DNA of 63,929 bases, the filler included, from Welwitschia mirabilis (lineage: Eukaryota), in NCBI GenBank assembly GCA_051453625.1. It is 8 parts of one record of this genome, joined end to end, with 100 filler letters (N's around TTAATTAATTAA, not from the genome) between each part and the next. Parts side by side here need not be neighbours in the genome. Positions count along the whole stretch, not along the records: positions 39,486 to 49,187 come from JBOZIK010000001.1; positions 49,288 to 58,582 come from JBOZIK010000001.1; 6 more parts are not named here. The stretch is one strand, 5' to 3'. Positions 39,486 through 53,891 of the stretch are shown piece after piece; within the stretch, counting starts at the first letter, position 1, and each line of letters starts with the position of its first letter. A program made the translations under genes and the position numbers. The notes below the pieces were generated by a model. That model was not told where the DNA came from and ran no database searches. It was given only the letters and a program-made list of their open reading frames with translations.

Positions 39486-42400
39486 TAAAGAAAATAGATA
39501 CACTCAAATTGTAGAAGAATTTTCTCTATTGACAACAATAATTACAAAATACAAAGCCCACACACTCTCTCTGAATTGTCTTTGTCTTTCCTCTCTCTCT
39601 CTCTCTCTCTCTCTCTTTTATAATAGGGATGTTCACCGCCATACTCATCCATGAGTTAGCAATTAGCTGTTTCCTAGCTATCAAGAATTGCTAACCGACT
39701 TGAAAGAAGGAGTTACAAATTATTGCTAACTGACTTCAAAGGAGTTACAAATTATTGCTAACCGACTTTAAAGAAGGAGGTACAAATTATTTATTTATTT
39801 TTATCTCTTAATGGCTAAGGAAAGTGGCTTTAACCGCCACATTTCTCCCATGTAAAGTCACTTTTCTTATAGCCTTCCTATTCTTTCTACAATCTATTTC
39901 CATGTTGTTTTATATTTTTGCTAAGCCAACAAAGGATCTGCACCATACGAACTTATTCATATTAATCGGCTTTGTCAACATATCCACTAGGTTGTCTTCC
40001 GTATGGATTTTCTGAGCATTCACACTTCCTTCTTCCACCTTCTCTCGAACAAAATGATATTGTACTTGAATATGTTTCATCTTTGGATGAAATGTTGCAT
40101 TCTTTGCTAAGTGCAAAGCGCTCTGATTATCACAAAATAAAATCATTTTTTTTGCTTATGCTCGAGCTCCTCCATTAACATTTGCAACCATATTGCCTCT
40201 TTACTAGCTTTTGAAGCTATAATATATTCAGCTTCCATCATAGAAGTAGCCATGATAGATTGTAGTTTTGAAGCCCAGCTTATGACTCCTTCAGCAAGAG
40301 TAAACACATATCCCGTGGTGGATTTGCTTTTATTAAGATCACTTGTATAATCTGAATCAACATATCATTTGATAGAAAAATCTGATCTTTCAAAACATAA
40401 TGTAGCATTCAAGATACCATTAACATATCTCAAGATTCTCTATACACTATACCAATTCTCTCTACCAGGATTTGCCATGTATCTACTTATTGCTCACACN
40501 NNNNNNNNNNNNNNNNNNNNNNNNNNNNNNNNNNNNNNNNNNNNNNNNNNNNNNNNNNNNNNNNNNNNNNNNNNNNNNNNNNNNNNNNNNNNNNNNNNNN
40601 NNNNNNNNNNNNNNNNNNNNNNNNNNNNNNNNNNNNNNNNNNNNNNNNNNNNNNNNNNNNNNNNNNNNNNNNNNNNNNNNNNNNNNNNNNNNNNNNNNNN
40701 NNNNNNNNNNNNNNNNNNNNNNNNNNNNNNNNNNNNNNNNNNNNNNNNNNNNNNNNNNNNNNNNNNNNNNNNNNNNNNNNNNNNNNNNNNNNNNNNNNNN
40801 NNNNNNNNNNNNNNNNNNNNNNNNNNNNNNNNNNNNNNNNNNNNNNNNNNNNNNNNNNNNNNNNNNNNNNNNNNNNNNNNNNNNNNNNNNNNNNNNNNNN
40901 NNNNNNNNNNNNNNNNNNNNNNNNNNNNNNNNNNNNNNNNNNNNNNNNNNNNNNNNNNNNNNNNNNNNNNNNNNNNNNNNNNNNNNNNNNNNNNNNNNNN
41001 NNNNNNNNNNNNNNNNNNNNNNNNNNNNNNNNNNNNNNNNNNNNNNNNNNNNNNNNNNNNNNNNNNNNNNNNNNNNNNNNNNNNNNNNNNNNCTTCTTCT
41101 AATTCTCCATGAAGAAATGCAGTTTTCACATCCAATTGATCTAGTTACAAGTCAAATGTAGCATACATCGCGAGAATCACTCAAATAGTTATTAAGCATA
41201 AAACAAGTAAAAATATTTTATTGAAATATATACCTTCTTTCTGAGCATATTATTTTACCACCAATCTAGCATAATACTGCTCCACTTGATCATTGCCATC
41301 TCACTTGATCTTGTAGACCCATTTTTTATCGATGGCCTTTCATCCTTTTAGTAGCAAAACAAGATTCCATATCTTGTTCTTATGTAGGTATTTAATTTCT
41401 TCCTACATTGTTGCCATCTATAAAGAAGAATTTTTGCTATTTATAGCTTTATGAAAAGTTGAAAGCTCTCCATTCTCTGTTAGTAAATAGTATGCAATGT
41501 TTTCCCCCAATTATATAATCAAAATATCAAGCTGGTATTCTTCTCTCATCAGTTGACTATTGAACTAGTAAAGCTATAGACTCAACTTCTTCTTATTATT
41601 CATGCTCTAGTGTCTCTTTAGAAGAATCTGATATTTCTTGTTTATTTTTAACCTGAACAACTGCATTATCTGCTTCTTATTTTGATGTGCTAACATATTT
41701 TTCTTGAACCTTGTCATTTTTGAATATCACATCTCTACTAATAATTACCTTGTAGGTAGTGGGATTCCATAGGTGGTACTCCTTAACTCCATCAGCGTAT
41801 CCCAAGAAAATACATTTTTTGGATTTTGGATCCATCTTTGATGTTTCCTAGGAATTATACAATACATATACTGAAGAACAAAATATATGGATGAAAGAAT
41901 AATTAGTAAGTTTACCAGTTCACCTCTTCATTGGTGTTTTTAGCTTAATTTCTATTGATGGAGATTGATTTATCATGTAACAAGTGGTCTTGACTACTTT
42001 TGTCCAAAATGATTTGGCTAACTCCATAGTTCTTAACATTGCTCTTATTCTTTTCAACAAGGTTTTGTTCATGAACTTTACTACTCCATTTTGTTGAGGA
42101 CTATATGCCACTGTGAACTATCTTTTGATTCCTTCCTGTTAATAAAATTCATCAAACTCATTACTAATATATTCTCCTCCATTATCTAATATTAAAAACT
42201 TGATCTTTCTTTCATATTTAAGCTCTACCCATGCTTTGAAGTCTTTGAAAATAGAAAATATGTCTGCCTTTCTTTCGATTGGAAACACCCAACAACACCT
42301 AAAGTAATCATCTATGAAAGAGACAAAGTATTTTGCACCTCCTAGGGATAATACTAGTGCTTGTCAAACATCAGAATGAACTAGTTCCAAAATTGCTTTG

Positions 42401-44470
42401 CTTCTAGTGTTGGAACTATTAAATTTCAACCTGTGTTGCTTGCTAGTAACACAATGCTCAAAAATGGTAAAGATACCTTTTTGAGTCCTGAAAGAAGCTT
42501 TTGTTCTGTAAGAATCTTAAGACCTCATTCTGACATGTGATCAAGTTTGTGATGCCACATCATCATTGATTCTTTTGGTGAACTTGCAATAGATGCTTCT
42601 CCTTCTTGCAGTGTTACTCCTTTAAGCATATATAGATTAGCAACTATTTTATTCACTTTCATTACCACAAGCACATATTTGACAATAGTCATAATTCCAT
42701 CTTGGATATGACATTTGCATCCACTATTATCTAGTTGTCCTAAAGACAAAATATTTTTTTAGGTCTTTCACATGATGTACCTCTTGGATAGTGTGAATTA
42801 TATCATCATACATCTTCATTTTGATGGTGCCGATACCAGTAACATCTAAAGCATGATTGTCATCCATAAATATGGATCCTCCAGAAATCGGTTTCTAGTG
42901 ATGAAAACATTCTCTCCGAGAAGTTATATGATAGGTGACTCTTGAGTCGATAATCCAGACATTAGCAAAATGAGATCTACCTTCTGTTGTTGCCTTGTTG
43001 TATAGGATTTCATCATCATCTAAGGTACTCACAACATTATCTTGAGGACTATTCTTCTCTATACTCCTTTTATTACTCCAACACTCTTTCTTGACATGCC
43101 CTTTCTTGCCACAGTTGTAGCATCTAATATTCTTTTTACTTCTTAATTTGGATTTATCATGACCTTGGCTCCCACTGAAACCATGTTCTATTGATATCCC
43201 TCTTGTAATCGATAGTGTCTCTACTTGTTGTAAGTTTGCTAGCATGTCTTCCTTATTTTTGCATCTTTATTCTACTTCCAAGATAGTAGCTACAACCTCC
43301 TCAAAGACTAAATAATTTTTTATAATATTGTTAGTCAACTTAATGACAAGTTGATCATACAAATCTCATAGGACTTTGAAGTGGAAGTTTAGCACGCTCG
43401 TTTACATCTATTTTGTAACCCAACTTTAAAAGTTTGAAAAATAGAGTATTCAAGGTATTGATATGTTGCGTTACGGAAATGGATTCTGTCATACAAAGAG
43501 TATAAAATCTTCTCTTTAAGAATATTTTATTGTGTAGTGATTTGGCCTTATACAATTTTGTTGGAGTGTCCCAAATCTCATTTGCAGTCTTTTTCTCTTT
43601 TATACTTGACAGGATTTCATTGGCCATACTCAGATATAGATTGACGATAGCACTATAATTCATTCTCTTTCATTTGTTGTTATCCATAATCTCCACTGGT
43701 CTTTTTGCAATCACCTCTAGACAATCTTCTTTTGTTAAAATTGCCTTTATCTTCATATTCCATAATGAGAAATTATTCCCATTAAACTTCCCTATTTCAA
43801 ACTNNNNNNNNNNNNNNNNNNNNNNNNNNNNNNNNNNNNNNNNNNNNNNNNNNNNNNNNNNNNNNNNNNNNNNNNNNNNNNNNNNNNNNNNNNNNNNNNN
43901 NNNNNNNNNNNNNNNNNNNNNNNNNNNNNNNNNNNNNNNNNNNNNNNNNNNNNNNNNNNNNNNNNNNNNNNNNNNNNNNNNNNNNNNNNNNNNNNNNNNN
44001 NNNNNNNNNNNNNNNNNNNNNNNNNNNNNNNNNNNNNNNNNNNNNNNNNNNNNNNNNNNNNNNNNNNNNNNNNNNNNNNNNNNNNNNNNNNNNNNNNNNN
44101 NNNNNNNNNNNNNNNNNNNNNNNNNNNNNNNNNNNNNNNNNNNNNNNNNNNNNNNNNNNNNNNNNNNNNNNNNNNNNNNNNNNNNNNNNNNNNNNNNNNN
44201 NNNNNNNNNNNNNNNNNNNNNNNNNNNNNNNNNNNNNNNNNNNNNNNNNNNNNNNNNNNNNNNNNNNNNNNNNNNNNNNNNNNNNNNNNNNNNNNNNNNN
44301 NNNNNNNNNNNNNNNNNNNNNNNNNNNNNNNNNNNNNNNNNNNNNNNNNNNNNNNNNNNNNNNNNNNNNNNNNNNNNNNNNNNNNNNNNNNNNNNNNNNN
44401 NNNNNNNNNNNNNNNNNNNNNNNNNNNNNNNNNNNNNNNNNNNNNNNNNNNNNNNNNNNNNNNNNNNNNN

Positions 44471-44527
<57 letters not shown>

Positions 44528-44729
44528 AATAAAGATGTTCAAATTGGGAATAAAAAAACCTCACAATAGAAGGAAGAAGATTTTCACCGCCATACTCATC
44601 CATGAGTTGGCAATTAGCTATTTTATAACTATCAAGAATTGCTAACCAACTTTAAAAAAGATTTACAAAAAATGTATTTTTTTAATATATATCGCTTAAT
44701 GGAAAAGGAAAATGGCTTTAACCGTGATA
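39486..44729 (-). mobile_element. Ty1/copia element E (Tork/Tnt1-like), degenerate, with both LTRs partly visible (39486-39841 and 44471-44729)
   Basis: FEIGKFNGNNFSLWNMKIKAIL, CYNCGKKGHVKKEC, WIIDS, WHHKLDHMSE, YSPQQNGV, MDVKTAFLHGELEE and CDNQSALHLAKNATFHPKMKHIQVQYHFVRE in copia order. The LTRs share (CT)n, caccgccatactcatccatgagtt and ggctttaaccg. Confidence 0.93.
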
Positions 44730-45712
44730 GATTCTCATGTTGAAGATTGATGAGACCAGAGAAAGGACTTTCATAGTGGTAACCAAATGCAATAACAATA
44801 GAGAAGGGCTCTAGGAAAAAATCACTGTAAATGCTATAGACATTGGCCATGGTATGTCTATGAGCAAAACTGTCTCAATAGGAAAACTATGGAAGAGGCA
44901 CACAAAAAATAAAAGGTGTTGTTTGAGCACCATAGAGCACTCAAAAACCTTGATAGATCCATGGTAGGAATACCAATGTTGATCAAGAAATTGATGCAAC
45001 TCTAAGAGACAAAAATGTATTTATGCATTTTAGATATCCTTAAAAAAAATGACTCAGAACTCATGGCATGTTAGGAGTAACTTAGCAAAATTCCAAAGCA
45101 TATCTATCACCCAGGAGATGCCTACACAAGGTATGTTAAACTTCTTCATTCCATTATCAAATGTCTACAATGAATTCTCATCCAGGGAAATATCCAGTCC
45201 TTCAAGGATGATCCAATAATGCATTGTGCTACCTGACTATGCAATATGTATGATCAATTCTTTGACTCTTTTCCCAGCATGAATTCTCTCAGTAGAGACT
45301 TTCTCTCACGGGAATCCTCAGTGCTAGAAGAATCCAAGGGCGATGGTGTACTGAAATTTCTTCCCTAGCTTGTTTTTCATATGATTCTGTAGGAACTAAT
45401 GGATAGCATTTTAGATGATGTGAAGGAATAGGTTTTAAGTACCTAGAATATGTTGAAAAGGTGCTCTAATGCATTGTGAAAAGCCATTACAAGCAGTACC
45501 TACTTCTGTTAGCGAGCATATAAGGAACAGTTGTAGAAATGATTTATAAAAAGAAAAATGAATGTCTAAAATGAGACAAGGAAATGTTGGAGATGAAAAA
45601 GGCCTTGCATTTTATATAGAATCGGGTGACAAACTAACTTAGGCACAGTTGCTAAGTTCCAAGACAAGTTTTCTATTGAGTGTTCAAAGAGAGTGGGATC
45701 CATCAGTTGTGG
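44730..45712 (+). pseudogene. DRP4-like copy 2: eroded fragment (end of GTPase domain plus middle domain)
   Basis: gtggtaaccaaatgc, cattggccatgg and aaaactatggaagaggc match 37375-37568. ggaacagttgtagaaatg, ggagatgaaaaaggc and ttccaagacaagtttt match 38055-38365. Multiple stops and indels. Confidence 0.88.
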
Positions 45713-48700
45713 AAACTGTATGCCTGGCAAGCCAAATTTCTCAATCCAATGGTTTGATTATTTGTCATACTTTGAATGCTAAGGGTGAATCCCCTTTTAT
45801 AAATACAAATGGCGTAAATTTTAAGGGAGACACCATTTGTTTCATGATGTGTCTATGGGCTAGTTTAGGAATGTCTATGATGACTAGCTTATGAATGTAT
45901 GCTTGAGCCACTATTTTAACAATCTCCACCTTAGCTCAAATTGTTTACATTAACAATAGTTAAGTAGTGTGTAGAATTACTAAGTCCAAACAGTGTTTGA
46001 ACTTTATCTTGGAAAGAGACTTGGTCAACATATCAATAGGATTTTATGAAGTATGTATCTTCTGTACAACAATGTATCCTACAGTAAGGGTATCTCTAAT
46101 ATAGTAATGCTTTACATTAATGTGTTGAGTCCTTGAGTGATACATATCATTCTTTATAAGATGAATAGCACTTTGGCTATTACAGAATACCACAGTTATG
46201 TTTTGGGGTATACCTAGTTTAGTCACTAAACCTTAGAGCCATGTAGCTTCTTTGATACCTTTAGTTACTGAAATGTATTCTGTCTCAGTTGTGGATAATG
46301 TAGTAATGGATTGAAGTAATGCCTTCTAGCTAATAGTAGAGTTGCAAAGAGTGAAGATGTATCCTAAAAAATATCTTTGTCTATCTAAGTTACCATCATA
46401 ATCAGAATCAATAAATGCTACTACATCAATTGATGTAGTTTTGTATTTATCAAATACTAAGCCATAAGTATAAGAACCCTTCAAATAACAAAGGATCCAT
46501 TTTACAGCATTCCAATGATCCTTTCCCAGATTATGCATGTATTGACTTACGATACTAATAACATATGCAAGATCAGGTCTAGTGCATACCATAGCATGTA
46601 TTAGATTTCCTATAGCGTTAGCATAAGGAATGGTTGATATATTCTCAATTTCTTTTTTAGTTTTCAAATAACAATCTAAAGACAATTTGAAGTGAGTAGA
46701 GAAGGAAGTGGAAACAGGTTTATAATTTAACATATTGAACCTGTTTAGAATTTTCTGAATATATTTGCTTTATGAGAGAAATAATTTACTAGCTTAACGA
46801 TCTCTGTGAATTTCCATACCAAGAATTTTCTTGGCTTCATCTAGATCATTTATTTCAAATTACTTATTTAGTTAAGATTTTAATATGTCAATTAAAGACT
46901 TGTTATGAGAAGCAATTAGTATGTCATTGACATACAATAACAAATACACCAAGGACTTATTAGAATATTACTGGTAATAGATATAGTGATTATATTGACT
47001 TTTAAGAAATCCTTACCCAATCATAAACACATCAAACTTCTTGTACCATTGTCATGGAGCTTGTTTAAGGTCATATAATGATTTGTTTAGATGACACACA
47101 GAACCTTCTCTCCCTGGGGTTACAAAACCCTTAGGCTGCTTCATATATATTTCTTCATTAAGATCTCCATGTAAAAAGGCTATTTTAACATCGAGTTGAT
47201 TTAAATCCATGTCAAGTAAGACAACAAGTGCTAGTAGTATACGAATTAAAGTATGACATACTACAAGTGAAACAATTTCATGGAAATCAATACCTTTCTT
47301 TTGGTTGTAGCCTTTGACAACCAACTGTGCTTTTCATCTTGCATTTTCAACTCCAGGGATGCCTTCCTTTTTCTTGTAGATCCACTTACAATTCAAAGGA
47401 TATTTCATAGATGAAAGTTCACACAAATTCCAAGTGTTATTTTTATGAAGACTATACATTTCTTCATTCATTACCATTAGCCACTTAGAGGAGTCAGCAC
47501 ACGAAANNNNNNNNNNNNNNNNNNNNNNNNNNNNNNNNNNNNNNNNNNNNNNNNNNNNNNNNNNNNNNNNNNNNNNNNNNNNNNNNNNNNNNNNNNNNNN
47601 NNNNNNTTGACAACCAACTGTGCTTTCCATCTTACATTTTCAACTCTAGGGGTGCCTTTCTTTTTCTTGTAGATCCACTTACAGTTCAAAGGATATTTCA
47701 TAGATGAAAGTTCACACAAATTCCAAGTGTTATTTTTATGAAGACTATCCATTTCTTCATTCATCACCATTAGCCACTTAGAGGAGTCAGCACACGAAAC
47801 AGCTTCTGAATAAGATGAAGATTCCATACCTTCAGAAATTTCCTGAGCAACTAAGAGAGCATATGCAACTAGATCATCATCAGTATTTAGATATCTAGCT
47901 AGTTTCTTTATCATTCTTCTCGGATGATCTCTAGAAATTGAATAATCCTACTGTGATTGATCAGGAGTACTGACATTTGGCATATAATCATCAATACTTG
48001 CTTCAGTAGAGGAGGAAGATGTGGAATTTACGATAGCTGATGTAGAGGATGTAACCTCTAACTCAACCTCCTTGCTAAACTTATCTATCATATCTTCAGA
48101 AGAAGAAGAAGGAGTAGAAGAGGAAGGAATAGGATCTTTATGGGGAGTAAGTAAAGCCTCCTCATTAAAAGTTACATCTCTACTGAGAATTATCTTATGC
48201 AATTCAGGATACAACAAACAGTATCCTTTAGATTCAGAAGCATAACCAAGAAATATGCATTTAATAGCTCTAGGTGCTAATTTACCATCAGTGGTANNNN
48301 NNNNNNNNNNNNNNNNNNNNNNNNNNNNNNNNNNNNNNNNNNNNNNNNNNNNNNNNNNNNNNNNNNNNNNNNNNNNNNNNNNNNNNNNNNNNNNNNGTTC
48401 ATTACCATTAGCCACTTAGACGAGTCAGCACACGAAACAGCTTTTGAATAATATGAAGGTTCCATACCTTCAGGAATTTCTTAGGTAACTAAGAGAGCAT
48501 ATGCAACTAGATCATCATCAGTATTTAGATATCTAGCTAGTTTCTTTATCATTATCCTTAGATGATCTTTAGCAATTGAATAATCCTACTGTGATTGATT
48601 AGGAGTACTAAAATTTGGTATATGCTCATCAATACTTGCTTCAGTAGAGGAGGAAGGTGTGGAATTTACAATAGCTAATGTAGAGGATGTAACCTCTAAC

Positions 48701-49187
48701 TCCACCTACTTACTAGACTTATCTATCATATTTTTAGAAGAAGAAGAAGGAATAGGATATTTGTGAGGAGTAAGTAAAGCTTCTTCATAAAAAGTTACAT
48801 CTCTACTGAGAATTACCTTATGTAATTCAGAATACCACAAATGGTATCTTTTAGATTCAGAGGCATAACTAAGAAATATGCATTTAATAGCTCCAGGTGC
48901 TAATTTACCATCATTGGTATGGGTGAATGCTGGACAACCAAATATTTTTAACTGAGAGTAGTTAACAGAATTACCTGATCAAAGCTCTTCTAGAATTTCA
49001 AACTTCAGTGACGAATGTAGTGATCAATTAATGAGATAATAAGCTATAGAAATTGCTTCAGCCCATAAATCACGTCAATGCCACAAGTTCACATTAGAAA
49101 GCATACAGTAAGCCCTTTCAAGTAATGTCCTATTCTTGCATTCTGTCACACCATTCTGTTGTGGCATTCCAACCAAATTTTTATGTC
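45713..49187 (-). mobile_element. Ty1/copia element F: integrase, RT, RNaseH, PPT and a 3' LTR piece
   Basis: GKLAPRAIKCIFLGYASESKGY, QLDVKIAFLHGDLNEEIYMKQP, PYANAIGNLIHAMVCTRPDLAY and FCNSQSAIHL..HINVKHYYIRD. PPT AAGGTGGAGAT at 45922-45932 abuts TGTTAAAA. Confidence 0.93.
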
Positions 49188-49287
49188 NNNNNNNNNNNNN
49201 NNNNNNNNNNNNNNNNNNNNNNNNNNNNNNNTTAATTAATTAANNNNNNNNNNNNNNNNNNNNNNNNNNNNNNNNNNNNNNNNNNNN

Positions 49288-51806
49288 TTTTTAGAAGTTA
49301 AAACCTCATGGGCAGGAGGTGTTGTATCTTTTCCACTTCTTGTCACTATTTTTAAACCTCTCCTAACTTTGTTTAGGTTGGAAATTGGTTGAGATGCAAG
49401 ATACCTTTGTGGTCTTTCATTGACAAGCATTATTTGTTAAAGCAGGTTTACTAAGTTTTCAATATTGCTATTGGTTTTTTCAATGTTTTTATTAGTTTTC
49501 TCTTATATTTTTCTCATCTCTTCTATGGATTCTCTAAGTGAATCATTCTGATTTTGTTGAAAATTAGATTGAAAGTTAGGATTTCTGAAACTACTTTCAA
49601 ATGGTTTCCATTAATATTGTCCACTTAATCTTTGTTGAAATTGGGGTTGACTTTTAAAGTTAAGTGTCTTTTAGTTAAAAGCACAAACTTCCTCAAACAT
49701 CCTTCCCTTACAAGTTGGTAACAAAGGGCATTCTTTGGTTAGATGAGAGTCATATTCATAAATTTCACAATATGAAGTTGAGTTTTCATTTTTTACTACT
49801 TTTGCATCAACTATCATTTGTTTATACTTCTCTAAAGTAATAGTAAAATCTTTTATCAGATTGGTTGAATCCTCTTTTTCTTCTTCCTTGTCATGTTTTA
49901 CCTTCTTTAAGTCTTTTAGAATTTGACCTACTGTGTGATTTTCTTTAGTGGGTTTAGATCAAGTTTGACTTATTTCTAGTAAGTTTTCTAATACACTCCA
50001 TGCATCATCTTGGCCTAAATTCAATAAGTTTCCTCCATAAGAAAAATCTACCAATTGCTTGATCAAAGCATTTAATCTACTATAAAAATAATCTACTAGC
50101 TCTTTTTTATGTAATTCATTAATAATATTAGAATGTCTAGCAGTTATAAAACATTCATAGGCTATTGCATAATTCTCATGAGTTTGTTGTTGAAAGTTGG
50201 TTACTTTTTTTCTTCTCTTCCTCATGGAACTTTCATTGAAAAATCATTTAATAAATACTTCTTTTAGTTGACTCCAAGATTTAAGACTTTTATGTGGGAT
50301 AGTTTTAAGCCAAACTTTTGCTCTCCTTCCCTTTAAGTGTGACTGGAAAAATAATCATGTAAGTATGGTCACTAGTACAATTATTTCCATTTATCGAGGT
50401 AAGCACAAGTTATTTAATGTTAACCAAATGTTGAAAAGGGTCTTCCTCTAATTCCCCTGAAAAAGTTGAATAAGCACTTAAATTTCTTAATTCTACATTA
50501 TCCTCAGGAGGTAATCAAAAGGATTTTGAATTTCACATTTTCTATTTGCAATTAAATCCTTAAGAGTAATGTTTGTAATTGAGGAAGAAGTTCCTATTAC
50601 AATTGGAGTATTAGATGAAGCAACTTTCTTTTCTTTTTGTAATAATTTCAATACGTTCGACATATTTGAAGAAATAATACAATCTAATTGTACACAGCAA
50701 TTTTCTTTAAAATAAATCTAATTTTGAAATAATAAAAGCAGAAAAACCTTCTTCTTCAATCCTAGAAATTTGCGTACCTATAGTGTGCATCCCTGGATTG
50801 AGCTCGAAGTCAAATAATCCTTCTATGATGTTTTCTTCAATCAGGTTCCATTCTCTATAATATTTTATCTTTTTACTAGAATTCACCATGTCTCTGCATG
50901 CTTAATAAACAAATAGAAAATCAAAATAAAAAACAATAAACAGTCATCCATCTAGTCGTGGGAACAACAGGAAGGATGATGATCATAGAAAAAGAAATCC
51001 AAAACTATGAAAATTCACTGACATAAGAAAACTATACTATTGTCTTGACTGTCATGGGGACAACACATAAAATAATAATTTATTGAACTTCACAAAAAAG
51101 AAAATTATGAAAAAAAGAAAAGTTAATAGGACTATTGTCTTGCTTGCCATGGGGATGACAGAGCCAACGACAACTTTATTACTAAAAAAAAAGGAAAAAA
51201 AACTTGTGAAAAAATAAAAAATAATTTTAAAATTTTAGAACTGTTATGTCCAATGTCATTTGGACAATAGAGAGAACGATAGGATCCCCAAGAAAAATTG
51301 TAGAAAATAAAATTACATGGAAATAAACTTACTTTAAACTTTATTAGAAATACAACATTAATTCAAATAAATAATCTAAACAAAAAGATTCAAACTATTT
51401 ATCTAATTAATAACAATTCTCATAGCTCCTTGTGGCCTTTCCTAGTAACGGAACTAAAATGTTGTGGTGTGAATTTATGCAATCCTAAAGTTATTTAGAA
51501 AAATATATAAATCAAATAACTTGTAGAGAACACACACTAGTATAGACGAGAGTTCACCCAAATGTCATAATCCTAGCAAAGGAACTAGGCTCAGAGTTAA
51601 AGAGTTGATTTCCAATATATTTTTGGATCTTTTATCTTATAAAAATTAGAAGGAAATAAACAAGTAAATGGAATGCAAGGGAATGGAGATGAAATACAGT
51701 GAAAGGAAAGAGACATGTAATGGATTCCACTTAGATCTTAGTCTTTCTATTACAAGGACTATCTTCTCTATAATTTAGATCAATTAAGAAGAGCATTTAA
51801 CTAGTN
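49288..51806 (-). mobile_element. Athila-like element H: gag remnant, 5' UTR, PBS (51439-51456) and start of an LTR (from 51460)
   Basis: Gag ELVDYFYSRLNALIKQLVDFSYGGNLLNLGQDDAWSVLENL, homologous to the gag of B. The LTR begins TGTTGTGGTGTGAATTTATGC. Confidence 0.85.
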
Positions 51807-52636
51807 NNNNNNNNNNNNNNNNNNNNNNNNNNNNNNNNNNNNNNNNNNNNNNNNNNNNNNNNNNNNNNNNNNNNNNNNNNNNNNNNNNNNNNNNNNNNNN
51901 NNNNNTTTATAAACTATGGTCTACTCATTTTTATCTTCCTACATGAATAAGTCCTTTAAATTTTGTATGAACAACATTTGTTATTGTAATAACCATTTTT
52001 ATAATTAAGCATCATTTGGTATTGATGTTTGTAGATGAGTATGCAAGTTTTATAAGAACATATTATCTATTATTTTATAATTAACAAGATTCACATGTAA
52101 CCTACCCTTGAATTTCTTAATTAATATTTTTTGGATCAATAAAGAAATGAAAAATGAAAGATATGATTACATATCATTTGATGTATGTTTTAAGGGATAT
52201 GAGAACATAAAAATAGCATTTTACTAACTTCTCAATAATAAAGTCATTTGGTATGATGATATTACTAAACACAAGAAGTAGATCATCATGGTTGATAAGG
52301 GAAGGAGGAAGAATGTACAAGTTCTATATAATAGTTAGATTGAGAAAACTAGTATGTGGAAACATTTCATGCTAGTGGGAAGATTAGGTTAAGAAGAAGA
52401 ATACATAATTATCTCCATATTAATCATATAATTTTTTATTAGATGACATAATCTAGTAGTAGTTCATAACAATAATTAAGAGTATCATTCATTAAGGTGA
52501 ATCTAACATAAAGAGTTAAAGATAAGTTAATAGTAATCATATGATAATATTTTTCTAAAAATATATACTTTATAAAATGATGATAAAATAGAGATGACAT
52601 GTGAAATATGGAAATCATAACAATTTTTAAGCCTTA

Positions 52637-53891
52637 TATTGTGATGTAAATTTATGCAATCTTAAAGTCCTTTAAGTAAACATATAGGTCAAATAACTTA
52701 TAAAAAACACATACTATTATAGATAGGAATTCATCCAAATGTTGTAATCCCAATGAAGGCATAAGGCTTAAAGTTAGAGAATTGATTTCCAATATATTTT
52801 TGGATCTTTTATCTTATAAAAGATAGAAGGCAATAAACATGTAAATGTAATGTAAATGAATAGAGATAAAATGCAGTGAAAGAAATGAAAATATAATGGA
52901 TTCTACTTAGATCTTAGTCCTTCTGTCGTAAGGACTATATTATCTATAAATTATATCAATTAAGAAGAGCATCCAACTAGTTCTTAGCCATCATAAACTA
53001 TGAGACCCATCCAAGTAAAATAAGGAACACAATATGAAAGTGGAATGGACAAGAAATGCAAACCTACTATTAACCAAAATCAACATTAACAAAGGTTTCC
53101 CTTATGATTTAGATAAATCCTAGAGTTGTCACAATAAACTATGACCCATATAAACCATAAGGGACATATAGAATGGAAATGAAATAATGATTGTATTGAT
53201 TCATAAGAGTAATAATAAAAATTACATCCACTTACAAATAGAATAACAACATCTCAATGGAAAAGACTTAGTCTAATAATAAGGAAACTCCTTTTTATAG
53301 CTCTAGATGAACCTCTTATCTTTTAGTCTTCTATCACAAGCACATCAGATATAAAAGATAGAAATAGAAATAAAGAAGGGAAAGGGTATTTATAGTTTTG
53401 TATTGAGGTTCTAGAAACAAAATCCTAGAAGTTGAAAAAGAAACCCTAACAGCCCACATGGGTAACTTGACCCCATTATAAAGATATTTCTTTCCGTCTA
53501 TACAAAAACAACCATCATCCCAATGATAGTTGGGATGACACGGGGGACGTTACCCTATGTCAAATATCTTCATACCCCACTGTTAACCCCGTAGATTTTG
53601 TCCATGTTAGTAGTTTCGTCATCCTGCATGTCGTGGGGATGACATAGTGGACAACAATCTTCCTTATATTCAATCTCAAAGGTAAACAATCTTTTTCATT
53701 ATGAATTCTTCTTCCAAATATGCAGTGTTAAAATAAGCCTGAAAAACTGCAAAAAATGCTAAGAATTAATGGTTTTACTGATCATCTTATAAGATCTATA
53801 TAATCATCAGTATTGCATCAAAACCTGTGTAAATGTCCTGCAAAAGCACTCAAAATACATCATCAAATTCTTATAAATTGGCATCGCAACA
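52637..53891 (-). repeat. Complete Athila-like LTR (about 1255 bp) without a matching TSD
   Basis: 52637-52981 aligns with 51460-51806. Ends GGCATCGCAACA. Flanks CCTTA and AAGGA differ. Confidence 0.82.
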
